Assembly: GCA_031414535.1 (NCBI GenBank)
Contig: JANNVQ010000010.1
Coordinates: 18,749 to 82,748, forward strand
Direction: 5' to 3'
DNA: 64,000 nt
Origin: Gemmatimonas sp.
GTDB taxonomy: Bacteria; Gemmatimonadota; Gemmatimonadetes; Gemmatimonadales; Gemmatimonadaceae
Part shown: one piece after another, positions 55,553 to 64,000 of the stretch
Position numbering within the stretch: position 1 is the first letter of the stretch
Layout of the letters: each line of letters opens with the position of its first letter
The notes under the pieces: generated by a model
Database searches by the model: none
What the model saw: the letters and a program-made list of their open reading frames with translations, nothing else
Told to the model about the DNA's origin: nothing
Program-made: the position numbers and the translations under genes

Positions 55553-56071
55553 ATGCGCAAGATTGTTTGGACCTTCGGCCTCATCGCCGGCGCCGTGATG
55601 GCGGTGATGTTCATCATCACGCTGCCGTTTCAAGACCAGATGAAGGGTTCGACGGGGATGATCATCGGCTACACGTCGATGGTGATGGCCTCGTTGATGA
55701 TCTACTTCGGTGTGCGGCAGTACCGGGACACGCAGACGGGCGGCGAAATTCGGTTCGGGCAGGCGCTCAAGGTTGCGCTCCTCATCTCGGCGGTTTCGGT
55801 CGGGGTGTATGTGTTGACCTGGGAGATCATCTTCTATGGATTCCAGCCGGACTTCATGGAGAAGTACGCGGCGGCGGCGATTGAGAAGCTGCGCGCGTCG
55901 GGTGCGACGGAGGCAGTGCTCGCCGCGGAGACGGAAAAGATGGCCAAGTTCGCGGAGATGTATAAGAATCCGCTGGTGAACATTGCGTTCACGTCGTTAG
56001 AGCCGATGCCGGTGGTGTTGCTGTTCAGCTTTGTGTCGGCGGGGTTGTTGAGCCGGAAGCCGCAGCGCTGA
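55553..56071 (+). CDS. DUF4199-like membrane protein
   Basis: Four TM segments; GVRQYRD..GG.I.FG; PDFMEKY. Confidence 0.75.
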   Translation: MRKIVWTFGLIAGAVMAVMFIITLPFQDQMKGSTGMIIGYTSMVMASLMIYFGVRQYRDTQTGGEIRFGQALKVALLISAVSVGVYVLTWEIIFYGFQPDFMEKYAAAAIEKLRASGATEAVLAAETEKMAKFAEMYKNPLVNIAFTSLEPMPVVLLFSFVSAGLLSRKPQR

Positions 56072-57089
56072 CGAGGGTGGGTGGGCGATATGTTGGGTCC
56101 TCCCGCCATCGCCGCCACACGGACTCGTGCACGCTGACGTTCACCGCAATGCTGCTGTCTTTTTGCGTTGGTCCGTGGAAGTGTCGGAAGTAGCGACCAT
56201 CTCCCGGCTTGAACACCGCCGAGATGTTCGCGTACACGCCGCGCAGGAAATTCTTGAATGAATCCACGACCTTTCCTCGGTGCGCATCTGGCTTGGCCGT
56301 GAACGGCCGCAGCGCGAGTCCCGCCGCTGCGGCCTTCTGCATCATCCAAGCGAAGGGCAGGTCCGCGAGCGCGTCGTCCCCGTAGCCGCCGCCAACATTC
56401 GCGTGTGCGCCGATAAACCAGCACTGCTCGACGTCGATGTTCTCTGGCTTCTTCTTGCCGTCCGCGGTGGTCCAGAGGGTGGTGTCGTAGGACTTCCGAT
56501 GTTCGTCGAGCGCCAACGCGTGGTACGCGTACTTCACCTTTTTCGAGATTTGCTGATCGTGCCACTTGAAGGCACCGGTCTCTGAGATAGACGTGCCTGG
56601 AATACCGAGCGCCCCGACGGTGTCCCAGACGCCAACGAAGTGGATGTCGGGCTCTAGGCTGTAGTTCTCGCGGAATGCCGTGCAGGCTTTGCCATCCGGC
56701 GCCTCGCTAGTATCACGATAGAGCTTGTAGGCCTGCATGAGCAGTTTCGGGGTGTAGACATCCAGCAATCCACACTTGCGGATGAGGCCGGCGAGACTGC
56801 GCGCAGTGTAGGCACCACGGCTGAAACCGAAGATCCAGACTTCATCGCCCTCGCGGTAGCTCTTAGCGAGCCACTCGTAGCCTTCCATCAGATTGCGGCT
56901 GAGGCCCGCGCCGAAGGCACCGCCTAAGAGTCGGTCGACGCGCCCGGTGCCCACGCCGGCGTCGTACTTGAAGCGCTGGGTGACGCCATTGGCATCGCGG
57001 TCGCTAATGTGGCGGGCGAGCCGAAACACATTGGTGCGGTCTGACGGGTCGTTCCAGGTGCCGTCGTAGAGAACAATGTGGCGCTGCAT
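56025..57089 (-). CDS. DUF2235 (Tle1-like) alpha/beta hydrolase
   Basis: DGTWN, GVGT, GFSRG, GVWDTVG, HALALDE.R, WF.GAHANVGGG. Confidence 0.9.
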   Translation of the reverse strand: MQRHIVLYDGTWNDPSDRTNVFRLARHISDRDANGVTQRFKYDAGVGTGRVDRLLGGAFGAGLSRNLMEGYEWLAKSYREGDEVWIFGFSRGAYTARSLAGLIRKCGLLDVYTPKLLMQAYKLYRDTSEAPDGKACTAFRENYSLEPDIHFVGVWDTVGALGIPGTSISETGAFKWHDQQISKKVKYAYHALALDEHRKSYDTTLWTTADGKKKPENIDVEQCWFIGAHANVGGGYGDDALADLPFAWMMQKAAAAGLALRPFTAKPDAHRGKVVDSFKNFLRGVYANISAVFKPGDGRYFRHFHGPTQKDSSIAVNVSVHESVWRRWREDPTYRPPTLVSAAASGSTTPPTQS

Positions 57090-57222
57090 ACCCGCGATTC
57101 TACTGGCGGCGGGGCGAGATGCAAGATGGGCCGGGCTATTCCGCCGGGGATGGCTTGCAGAGCGGAGCGCCGCTAGTGAGGTTCAATGACGTGCAGGAAT
57201 CAGCCTATCCTGGAAATTCAAT

Positions 57223-57675
57223 ATGCCGTCCAAGACCCCCGTCGCTCGTCCGTCCAAGCCCTCAAAGCATCCGGTGAAGGATGCCGGTGATGCGTTGCAT
57301 CGTGCCGCTGTCGAGTGCTGCCATCAGCACGAGCGCATTGCCTCGCTCATCAAGCTGAAGGCCGACGATCAGGAGTTTGCTGCGGCGTGGGACATGGCTG
57401 ATCTCGCCGAGCAGCAGATGAGTCTTCGGACAGCCGGTTACGAAGAAGCTGCGGGAGCCGGGCGGGGCCCTGAGTCGGAAGAGTGGTGGCACGCCGCAAA
57501 CGCTCTCTGGATGGCCTGCCGCGAGTACTCGCGGCGCTACTCGGCGAGTGCTGATGCCGCGTCGAGACGGAAGCGGCATACCGAGAAGGAGTTTACGGAG
57601 ATTGCCGTAGAGTACGAGTTGGAGGTGTCGGCGCGCCTGGCGGTGAAGCAAGCCCTGCGCGCCTACACTCCGTAA
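57223..57675 (+). CDS. Hypothetical helical protein
   Basis: Clean ORF. Confidence 0.65.
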   Translation: MPSKTPVARPSKPSKHPVKDAGDALHRAAVECCHQHERIASLIKLKADDQEFAAAWDMADLAEQQMSLRTAGYEEAAGAGRGPESEEWWHAANALWMACREYSRRYSASADAASRRKRHTEKEFTEIAVEYELEVSARLAVKQALRAYTP

Positions 57676-57687
57676 TCGCAACGAGCC

Positions 57688-58440
57688 TTATACGATGAAC
57701 GGGTCAGCGATGGCGAGCACCGCCGACATCGTGAGTGGCTCGTCAACGGCCTCGGAAGCAGCATTCGCTGATACGATGCCACTTGTCTCCGCACCAGCCT
57801 ACATGGTGTTGCCCTCACCGGCATAGATGGCCGAAAGCGCAGTAACGTCGGTGGTTGAACCGGTGATCCATCCCTTCCGCATCCGCATGCGGCGCACTTG
57901 GGCCGCGTGACGCGCCTCGCCCGAGTGAATCTGCAGCGCCGTCGTGAGGGTGGCGTTGTGCCTGATTCGTGCGCCAGCCTAGCCTTTGTAGGCACGCACG
58001 CCGGTATCCTCGAAGCCCAGCGCTAGGGCGAGGAATGTGATGTAGTTCGTGAACACATCCGCAAATGTGCCGCCAGCAGTGAAATCAAAGCTTGGCGAGG
58101 CCACGGCATTGCTGCCGAGCACCGAGCGCAAGAGCGCCACGTGCGCGTCCTCGTGCTGCTTGATCTGCTGGCACACAGTACGTGATCCAGTGGGGATGAG
58201 ACCGCTCGCCGCGAGACCTTGGGTAAAGAAGGCCGCCACGAGGTACTCACGTCCCTAATTCTCTGCGGCAGCGCCGTGCCTTGCGCCCAAGTAAGCTTGG
58301 AAAACAATTCAAGCGCTACGGGGATGCTGGCCCCGGCAATTGCGGTTGCAGCGAAGGATCAAGTCCACCCACGGCGGAACGCCTATCACCCGCTTGATTC
58401 AGGAGCTCCGGGTCGAGCGAGTCGAGCAGCGGCTTATTGG
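57688..58440 (-). pseudogene. Ferritin-like (Ferritin_2-type) protein pseudogene
   Basis: EYL, HEDAHV, FEDTGVRAYKG, QIHSGEARHAA still readable; frameshifts plus in-frame TAG at 57979-57981 and 57799-57801. Confidence 0.8.
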
Positions 58441-58906
58441 AAAGCAGGTGCGCATCAGCAAGGAGCTGCCCCGCGCCATTGTACGCGCCTACGCCAAGAT
58501 CTTCGAGGACCTTTGCGGTTCCGAGTACCGAGGCGCGCGAGCTGAAGTTCACGGAGGCGAAATCGAAGCTCAGTATCCCGATGGCGCCCGCCCTAAGCGC
58601 TGCCTTCAGGAACTCGCGATGCACAATCGCACAATCACGAATGTCAGTGAGGATGTTGCGCTCGGCCGTTGTAATGCCAGCATAGGGCGTGGCGACAACG
58701 CGCGTGTAAAAATCTGCCTCTAGCTGCTCAAGCGCGTATGCGTAGTTCAGCACGCCGACATCGCCACTGCCGAGGTTGACTCCTGCAACCCCTCCCGTGG
58801 GCCCATCACCATCGCCGCACCCAGCGACGAGCACTACACCCACGGTGACTCCGGCCCACTGAAGAAAGCGCCGGCGATTCGTCGCGTTGGCAATCTGTTC
58901 AAGCAA
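58441..58906 (-). pseudogene. Tat-signal ferritin-like lipoprotein, C-terminally truncated
   Basis: RRRFL, VAGC, LNYAYALEQLEADFY, LEDLGVGAYNGAG; the EARH half is missing. Confidence 0.7.
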
Positions 58907-59021
58907 TGTCAGCTGGCCAGATGACGCTGCTGCTCAATCCTATGACGTTGGCACTCCTGCTCTCGAGTTGAGTGTGGATTGCACCAGCAAGCACACAAGG
59001 GGAATCGAGAGGGGTATGTCG

Positions 59022-59840
59022 TCAGTCGCGCGTTTGGATTGGGTCGCTGGCCCAACGGCCAACAAGAATAGGTGCGGAGGTTGGGGCTGGTGATCCCGAC
59101 TCTGGCTCTTCGGTGACCGCGCTCACCTCAAACTGATCCGTCGCTCCGATGGCGAGAACGACTACCGCCCGACCATCCGACGCGGTGTTGAAGGTGCCCA
59201 AGCTTACAGGGTTTCCGTTGGCGCCGATTCCCCATAGTTGATACGCGCGGCCCGCCGCAGCCGGAGGTAGGCGCTCGGCCGACACAACCATCTCGCCACG
59301 GCCTCGGTCCCAGTACAGTCTCATGCTTGGTGCCGCACCTGTTGCAGCCAGTGTCGCAATCTCGGCGTCCGGACCGAGTATTCGCTCGAGCAACGAATCT
59401 CGTGCCGCGAGATTCGTCTCGAGATTGCTGGCGAGAGCGGTGACCTCGCTGAGCTGCGCCTGAAGAGCGGCACGATCCGTGCGCAGGCTCAACATTGAAG
59501 CACCGAGTCCTACCATGAGAAGCGTGGAGGCTGCCGCCGCATAAAGTGGCCACCGCGATGCAGGCGAACTACGTGGTGACAACGCGAATGGAGGGTTCAC
59601 AGGTGAAGACGCCACTCGAACTCCAGTCGCGCGCGCAAGCACGCGCTCCCGCATCCCTTGAGTCAACGGCACGTTGGGAGCAAGCGTCGCGAGAGTTGAC
59701 GTAACCTCCCGCCAACTCAGCAAGTCGTGGCGGCAGTCGTTGCAGCTTGCGAGATGAGCGGCCACTTGGCGCGTTTCTTCCGGCGAGAGGGCGTCCATTG
59801 CATAGGACGCGAGCATCTCAACTTGGGGATGATCGGTCAC
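59022..59840 (-). CDS. Anti-sigma factor, RskA-like
   Basis: HLASCNDC ZAS motif; TM helix; YQLW..PVSLG; AVTEEP..GS..PT. Confidence 0.88.
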   Translation of the reverse strand: MTDHPQVEMLASYAMDALSPEETRQVAAHLASCNDCRHDLLSWREVTSTLATLAPNVPLTQGMRERVLARATGVRVASSPVNPPFALSPRSSPASRWPLYAAAASTLLMVGLGASMLSLRTDRAALQAQLSEVTALASNLETNLAARDSLLERILGPDAEIATLAATGAAPSMRLYWDRGRGEMVVSAERLPPAAAGRAYQLWGIGANGNPVSLGTFNTASDGRAVVVLAIGATDQFEVSAVTEEPESGSPAPTSAPILVGRWASDPIQTRD

Positions 59841-60448
59841 AACTCCCCCCGCTCACGCATCGGTGTGAGCATCTCGCGCAACTTGATGAGGGCAGTGCGC
59901 ATTCGGGTCTTCACTGTTCCTAAGGGTTCCTGCAGACGCTCCGCAATCTCGCTGTGCGACAGTCCTTCAAAGTACGCAAGCCGCAGGGCTTCCTGCTGAG
60001 CAGACGTCAGTGCGGCAATGGCTGCCTCCACGCGTTGGCCTTGTTCGGCGGACTCTGTCACGACGTCCGGGGTTGGGGCTAGGTCCTCAGCGGCCTGGTG
60101 GAGGTCGTGATGCATCTCCGATGATCCGAGGACAACTTTCTCCGAGCGACGTCGGGCGCGAAGTCGGTCCAGCGCGCGGCTGCGGACGACTGTGGTCACC
60201 CAGGCCTGAAGCGAGCCGCGCCCTTCGTTAAACTCGCGCGCGGTGCGCCAAATCTGCGCAAAAGCGTCTCCGACGGCCTCTTCTGCGTCCGCGGCATCGC
60301 GCAGGAGCGCCATCGCCAAGGAGAAGGCTAGGGCGCCCGTGCTGTCGTAGAGCTCGCCGAGCGCGCGCTCGTCCCCAGCAGCGATTCGTGCCAAGAGTTC
60401 GACATCGCGACTCGGCGCGCGCGAGGTGACGCTTTGCGACGACGACAT
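59837..60448 (-). CDS. ECF sigma factor, SigK-like (start uncertain)
   Basis: GDERALGELYD, RSRALDRLR, LAYFEGLSHSEIA..PLGTVKTR. Confidence 0.88.
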   Translation of the reverse strand: MSSSQSVTSRAPSRDVELLARIAAGDERALGELYDSTGALAFSLAMALLRDAADAEEAVGDAFAQIWRTAREFNEGRGSLQAWVTTVVRSRALDRLRARRRSEKVVLGSSEMHHDLHQAAEDLAPTPDVVTESAEQGQRVEAAIAALTSAQQEALRLAYFEGLSHSEIAERLQEPLGTVKTRMRTALIKLREMLTPMRERGEL

Positions 60449-60553
60449 CAGGAAGAGCCGTGGTAGGGATGGAGATTGTCTGTCCAATTCCATGGGCAAG
60501 TTGGGTGCCGACGCGAGTTGACGCAAATGGGACTCCGAAGAAACTGAGAGGAC

Positions 60554-60611
60554 TACGTCCAGAGAGGGCCAGTTGGATTGGGTAGCAATCCGCTGGCCGA
60601 CGGCCGTCGTA
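60554..60611. promoter_or_regulatory. Back-to-back candidate ECF promoters CAATCC-N16/17-CGTA
   Basis: Plus strand 60586-60611 toward fasciclin; minus strand 60580-60554 toward the sigma gene. Confidence 0.6.
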
Positions 60612-60664
60612 CTACTGACGTTGGACGCGTTACACACACTTTTCCCCTTAAGGAGTCGTATCTG

Positions 60665-61225
60665 ATGAAGAAGCAGCTGATTCGCGTCGTAGCCCTAGCC
60701 GTCGTCGCGCTGACACTCGCGGGCAAGGCTCAGGCACAGTCATCGAACCCGATGGTTGGCGGCGAGGCGATGTTCCCGGACCGGGACATTGTCACAAATG
60801 CCATGAAGTCGGCAGACCATACGACGCTGGTCGCGGCGGTGGCGGCGGCCGGGCTTGTTGAGACGCTCAAGACGGGTGGGCCCTTCACGGTGTTCGCGCC
60901 CACGAACGCCGCATTTACGGCGCTGCCGGCCGGCACGGTGGAGACGCTACTCCGCCCGGAGAACAAGACGGCGCTGACAGGCGTGCTGACTTACCATGTG
61001 GTGGCTGAGCGCCTCGATGCCGCCGCGCTGATGACGCGTATTCGGGCCGGTAATGGAACGGCGGCGCTGCGCACCGTCAACGGTGGCGAGCTTCGTGCCA
61101 CGATGAACGGTCCGCGCAACATCCAAATTCGTGACGCTAAGGGCAACACCGCCAATATCTCGACCTACGACGTGTATCAGTCCAACGGCGTGATTATGGT
61201 CATTGACAAGGTGCTCCTGCCGTAA
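60665..61225 (+). CDS. Secreted fasciclin (FAS1) domain protein
   Basis: Signal peptide; TVFAPTNAAF; LTYHVV; SNGVI.VIDKVLLP; AAGGAG SD. Confidence 0.93.
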   Translation: MKKQLIRVVALAVVALTLAGKAQAQSSNPMVGGEAMFPDRDIVTNAMKSADHTTLVAAVAAAGLVETLKTGGPFTVFAPTNAAFTALPAGTVETLLRPENKTALTGVLTYHVVAERLDAAALMTRIRAGNGTAALRTVNGGELRATMNGPRNIQIRDAKGNTANISTYDVYQSNGVIMVIDKVLLP

Positions 61226-61251
61226 CCAAACCTCGCTCTAGCTAGACAGCT

Positions 61252-63186
61252 TTAGTCACGATTCGAAGCGTCTGCCCAAGCGGCCATCGCTTCATCGAGC
61301 GACTTCCGCGCCTTGGCCAACTCTTGGTCAAGGCGCGCTGCCTTTTGCGCTGCATCGGATGAGCCGTCGTACAGCTCGGGATCTTCCAGCTTCTGCTCGA
61401 TGTCCGTCACGCGCGCTTCCCATCGAGCGACCGCCGCCTCCGCATCTTCCGCCGCCTTCTTCTTGGCACGCTTAGCAGAGTGATCATCCGCCTGCGCCGC
61501 GGCATTCTTTTTGGACTTCTCCTTGTCCGCGAGCTTCTTTTTCTCCGCTTCCTGCTCGGCGGCGCGCGCGGCCTGCGACGCCTTGTCCATCCGTGAGACT
61601 TCCCACTCCACGAAGGACCCATCGAAGTCTACGAGCCGATTGCCTTCAAACGACCACACCCGCGTCGCAATCTCACGCAGGAAGGCACGATCGTGGGATA
61701 CGAGGAGCACCGTGCCCTCATACTCATCAAGCGCGTCTTCCAGCGCTTCGATGTTCTCAACGTCCAAGTGATTCGTGGGCTCGTCGAGCACGAGCAGATT
61801 AGCGTGCGAGAGCGTGATTAGCGCCATCGCCATGCGCGCGCGCTCGCCACCGGAAAGCGTGCCAATCTCGCGGAAGACTTCGTCACCGCTGAATCCAAAG
61901 GCGCCAAGATGGTTCTGCACGCCACCACGGCTCCACAGGGGACGCACGTCGAGGATGGCGTCCATCAGCGACTTGCGGAGCGGAAGATCTGAGAGATCCT
62001 GCCGGAACCAGGCCGGTGTTACCGAGCCGCCAACCTTGCTCTCACCACGCGCGGGCGAAAGATCGCCGAGGAGCGTGCGAATGAGCGTGGACTTACCCGC
62101 ACCGTTGGGCCCGACAAGGGCCACAAAGTCATTACGACGCATCGTAGCAGTGAAGCCATCCACCAACACGCGGCCCGGGACTTCAACGACGATGTCCTTG
62201 ATGGCGATTACTTGGTCGCCACCACGCTCATTGGGCTCAAAACGCAGGTTCATCGCCGCCGGATCACCCGGTGGCGGTGCCAGGCGCGGCAAACGCTCGA
62301 GGCGCTTACGCTTGCCCTTGGCCTGAAAGGAGTTCACGCCGGCAAGATTGCGCCGGATGTACTCCTCTTCCTTCTTCACAAAAGCACGCTGACGCTCGAG
62401 CTCACGCTCACGCGTCAATCGGCGCTCCGCACGCTGCGGCACGAACTGGCTGTAATTGCCGCGATATCCTTCGCTGGACTTGCCCTCGATATGCAGAATA
62501 TGCGTGCAGATGGCATCAAGAAATGCACGATCGTGCGAAATCACGATGACCGTCTCGTTGCAGTCCTTGAGCCAGTCCTGCAGCCAAGTCGTGGTATCGA
62601 GGTCCAAGTGATTGGTTGGTTCGTCGAGCAGGAGCAGGTCCGCGGGTGCGATGAGCTGCGCCGCGAGGCCGACGCGTCCGCGCTCTCCACCAGAGAGCGA
62701 GTTCACGAGCCGCGTCTTGGATTCCTCGGCGTCAAAGCCAAGGCCTTGGAGCACGGCGTCCACGCGTGCGTGGTAGATGTAGCCGCCAAGATCGGAGAAG
62801 CGCTCCTGGTCCTGCCCGAACTTCTCGAGAAACGCGTCCGAGATGTTCTCACCCATTTCACCGAGTTGCATGGCCTGTTCGGCGATGCTCTTCTCGAGTG
62901 CGATGACTTCACGCCACGCGGCCGCGGCGGCTTCCCACACCGTGGTAGCGCCTTCGAATGCACGGTGCTGGTCAAGCAGGGCATGCCGCAGGCCAGGCCG
63001 ACGCGCAACGCTACCCACCGTCGGCTTCATCGCCTCGGTCATGATGCGGAAGAGCGAGGACTTGCCGGCGCCGTTGCGGCCGATGATCCCCCATCGGTCG
63101 CCTTCGCCGACGGTGAAGGTGATGTTCTTCAGTAGTTCAGTGGCGCCGAACGAAATGCCGACGCCAGACATCGAAATGCAACTCAA
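61252..63186 (-). CDS. ABC-F family ATPase
   Basis: Two NBDs (GRNGAGKS, GPNGAGKS, LSGGE, DEPTNHLD), no TM domain, C-terminal coiled coil; TTG start assumed. Confidence 0.92.
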   Translation of the reverse strand: MSCISMSGVGISFGATELLKNITFTVGEGDRWGIIGRNGAGKSSLFRIMTEAMKPTVGSVARRPGLRHALLDQHRAFEGATTVWEAAAAAWREVIALEKSIAEQAMQLGEMGENISDAFLEKFGQDQERFSDLGGYIYHARVDAVLQGLGFDAEESKTRLVNSLSGGERGRVGLAAQLIAPADLLLLDEPTNHLDLDTTTWLQDWLKDCNETVIVISHDRAFLDAICTHILHIEGKSSEGYRGNYSQFVPQRAERRLTRERELERQRAFVKKEEEYIRRNLAGVNSFQAKGKRKRLERLPRLAPPPGDPAAMNLRFEPNERGGDQVIAIKDIVVEVPGRVLVDGFTATMRRNDFVALVGPNGAGKSTLIRTLLGDLSPARGESKVGGSVTPAWFRQDLSDLPLRKSLMDAILDVRPLWSRGGVQNHLGAFGFSGDEVFREIGTLSGGERARMAMALITLSHANLLVLDEPTNHLDVENIEALEDALDEYEGTVLLVSHDRAFLREIATRVWSFEGNRLVDFDGSFVEWEVSRMDKASQAARAAEQEAEKKKLADKEKSKKNAAAQADDHSAKRAKKKAAEDAEAAVARWEARVTDIEQKLEDPELYDGSSDAAQKAARLDQELAKARKSLDEAMAAWADASNRD

Positions 63187-63193
63187 GTGCCGC

Positions 63194-64000
63194 TCACACG
63201 TCTGTTGGTGTGGGAACCGTGAGGTCCCCGGTGTCATAGGCCCGCTTGGCCAATGCGCGCAAGCGGTCGTCACTGTTCTTCTCGATGGCGCGGATGAGGC
63301 GACGCGCGCGGCGCATGGCCATCGGGATGAAGATGCGGGCGGCATCGAGGTCGTCCTTGGCACCAGCGACGCCATGCTTCTTGATGGCGCTGGTGACACG
63401 GGAGAGCACCGCGGTGCTCAAGTAGATATCAATCGCCGCGTTCGCCATCCGCTCCTGAATCATCTGCCGCTCGATGATGTCCTTGCCGTGCTCAATCAGC
63501 GCCTTCTCCACGGCCAGCGCGAGGTTGTGGATGTTGGTGGCGACTTCATCCGCCTCATCCGCCAACTCTTCGTGCACCTTGGTGAAATTCACCTTGCTGA
63601 CCGTGCGCTTGGCGCGCCCGGTCACGTAGCTGGAGATGGCGCCGATGTTCTTGAGCGGATTCTTGAACGCCTTGCCCACCTGCTTGAGCTCTTCGCCGGG
63701 CTGCTGGAGACCCATCAGCGCAATGAGCGCGCGGAGGATTTCGTTGGTGCCCTCGAAAATCATATTGATGCGCGAGTCGCGGATGGCGCGCTCGTAGTGG
63801 TATTCCTTGGAGTAGCCGATGCCGCCGGCCATCTGCATCGTCTCGCTGGCGGTGCGCCAGGCGAGTTCGGATGCCCAGACCTTGCAGGCGGCCGTTTCGA
63901 GTGAGAAGTCCACGCCGCCGCGGTCCACCATGCCGGCGCAGAGCATCCAACCTGCGTCAGAGGCATAGCACTCGGCGGCTGCCGTCGCGACCTTCTTCTG
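63194..64000 (-). CDS. Acyl-CoA dehydrogenase (VLCAD/ACAD9-like), 5' part outside the window
   Basis: ETAACK, QMAGGIGY, RDSRINMIFEGTNEI, long C-terminal extension. Confidence 0.9.
   Translation of the reverse strand, partial: QKKVATAAAECYASDAGWMLCAGMVDRGGVDFSLETAACKVWASELAWRTASETMQMAGGIGYSKEYHYERAIRDSRINMIFEGTNEILRALIALMGLQQPGEELKQVGKAFKNPLKNIGAISSYVTGRAKRTVSKVNFTKVHEELADEADEVATNIHNLALAVEKALIEHGKDIIERQMIQERMANAAIDIYLSTAVLSRVTSAIKKHGVAGAKDDLDAARIFIPMAMRRARRLIRAIEKNSDDRLRALAKRAYDTGDLTVPTPTDV

Noticed and set aside
57688..58240. TAG reassignment or readthrough
   Set aside because: TAG terminates many intact genes in this window, and the locus also has deletions and frameshifts; a pseudogene is simpler.
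1..64000. tRNA, rRNA, transposase, integrase or prophage genes
   Set aside because: No cloverleaf, rRNA signature, DDE/HUH or recombinase motifs were recognised.

Overview
GC-rich, gene-dense bacterial chromosomal segment with about 60 CDS. The gene repertoire (Hanks-type kinases, fused E1 alpha/beta, TonB and plug-domain proteins, M8 protease lipoprotein) suggests Gemmatimonadota; this is inference only. Most genes are housekeeping (rsgA, pdxH, xth, htpX, nadE, PBP1A, lon, pfkA, sthA, ispH, fahA). No rRNA, tRNA, CRISPR array, transposase or integrase was seen. Most notable signals: (1) a ~190-nt multi-stem structured leader/ncRNA directly upstream of a small Arg-rich HNH nuclease that ends in an ssrA-like tail; (2) a dispersed palindromic element built from three GACGGAW heptamers, at about 15 loci, several inside proteins (nadE linker, signal peptides, start/stop codons), plus two other short-unit inverted-repeat families; (3) a cobalamin riboswitch in front of a B12-dependent-type (class II) ribonucleotide reductase, the reverse of the usual logic; (4) a widespread leaderless-gene signature (TANNNT 5-8 nt before the start codon); (5) a SigK/RskA/fasciclin module with back-to-back promoters and a decayed ferritin-like operon; (6) a helicase whose coding N-terminus has no canonical start codon. 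All calls come from reading motifs by eye; no database searches or folding programs were run.
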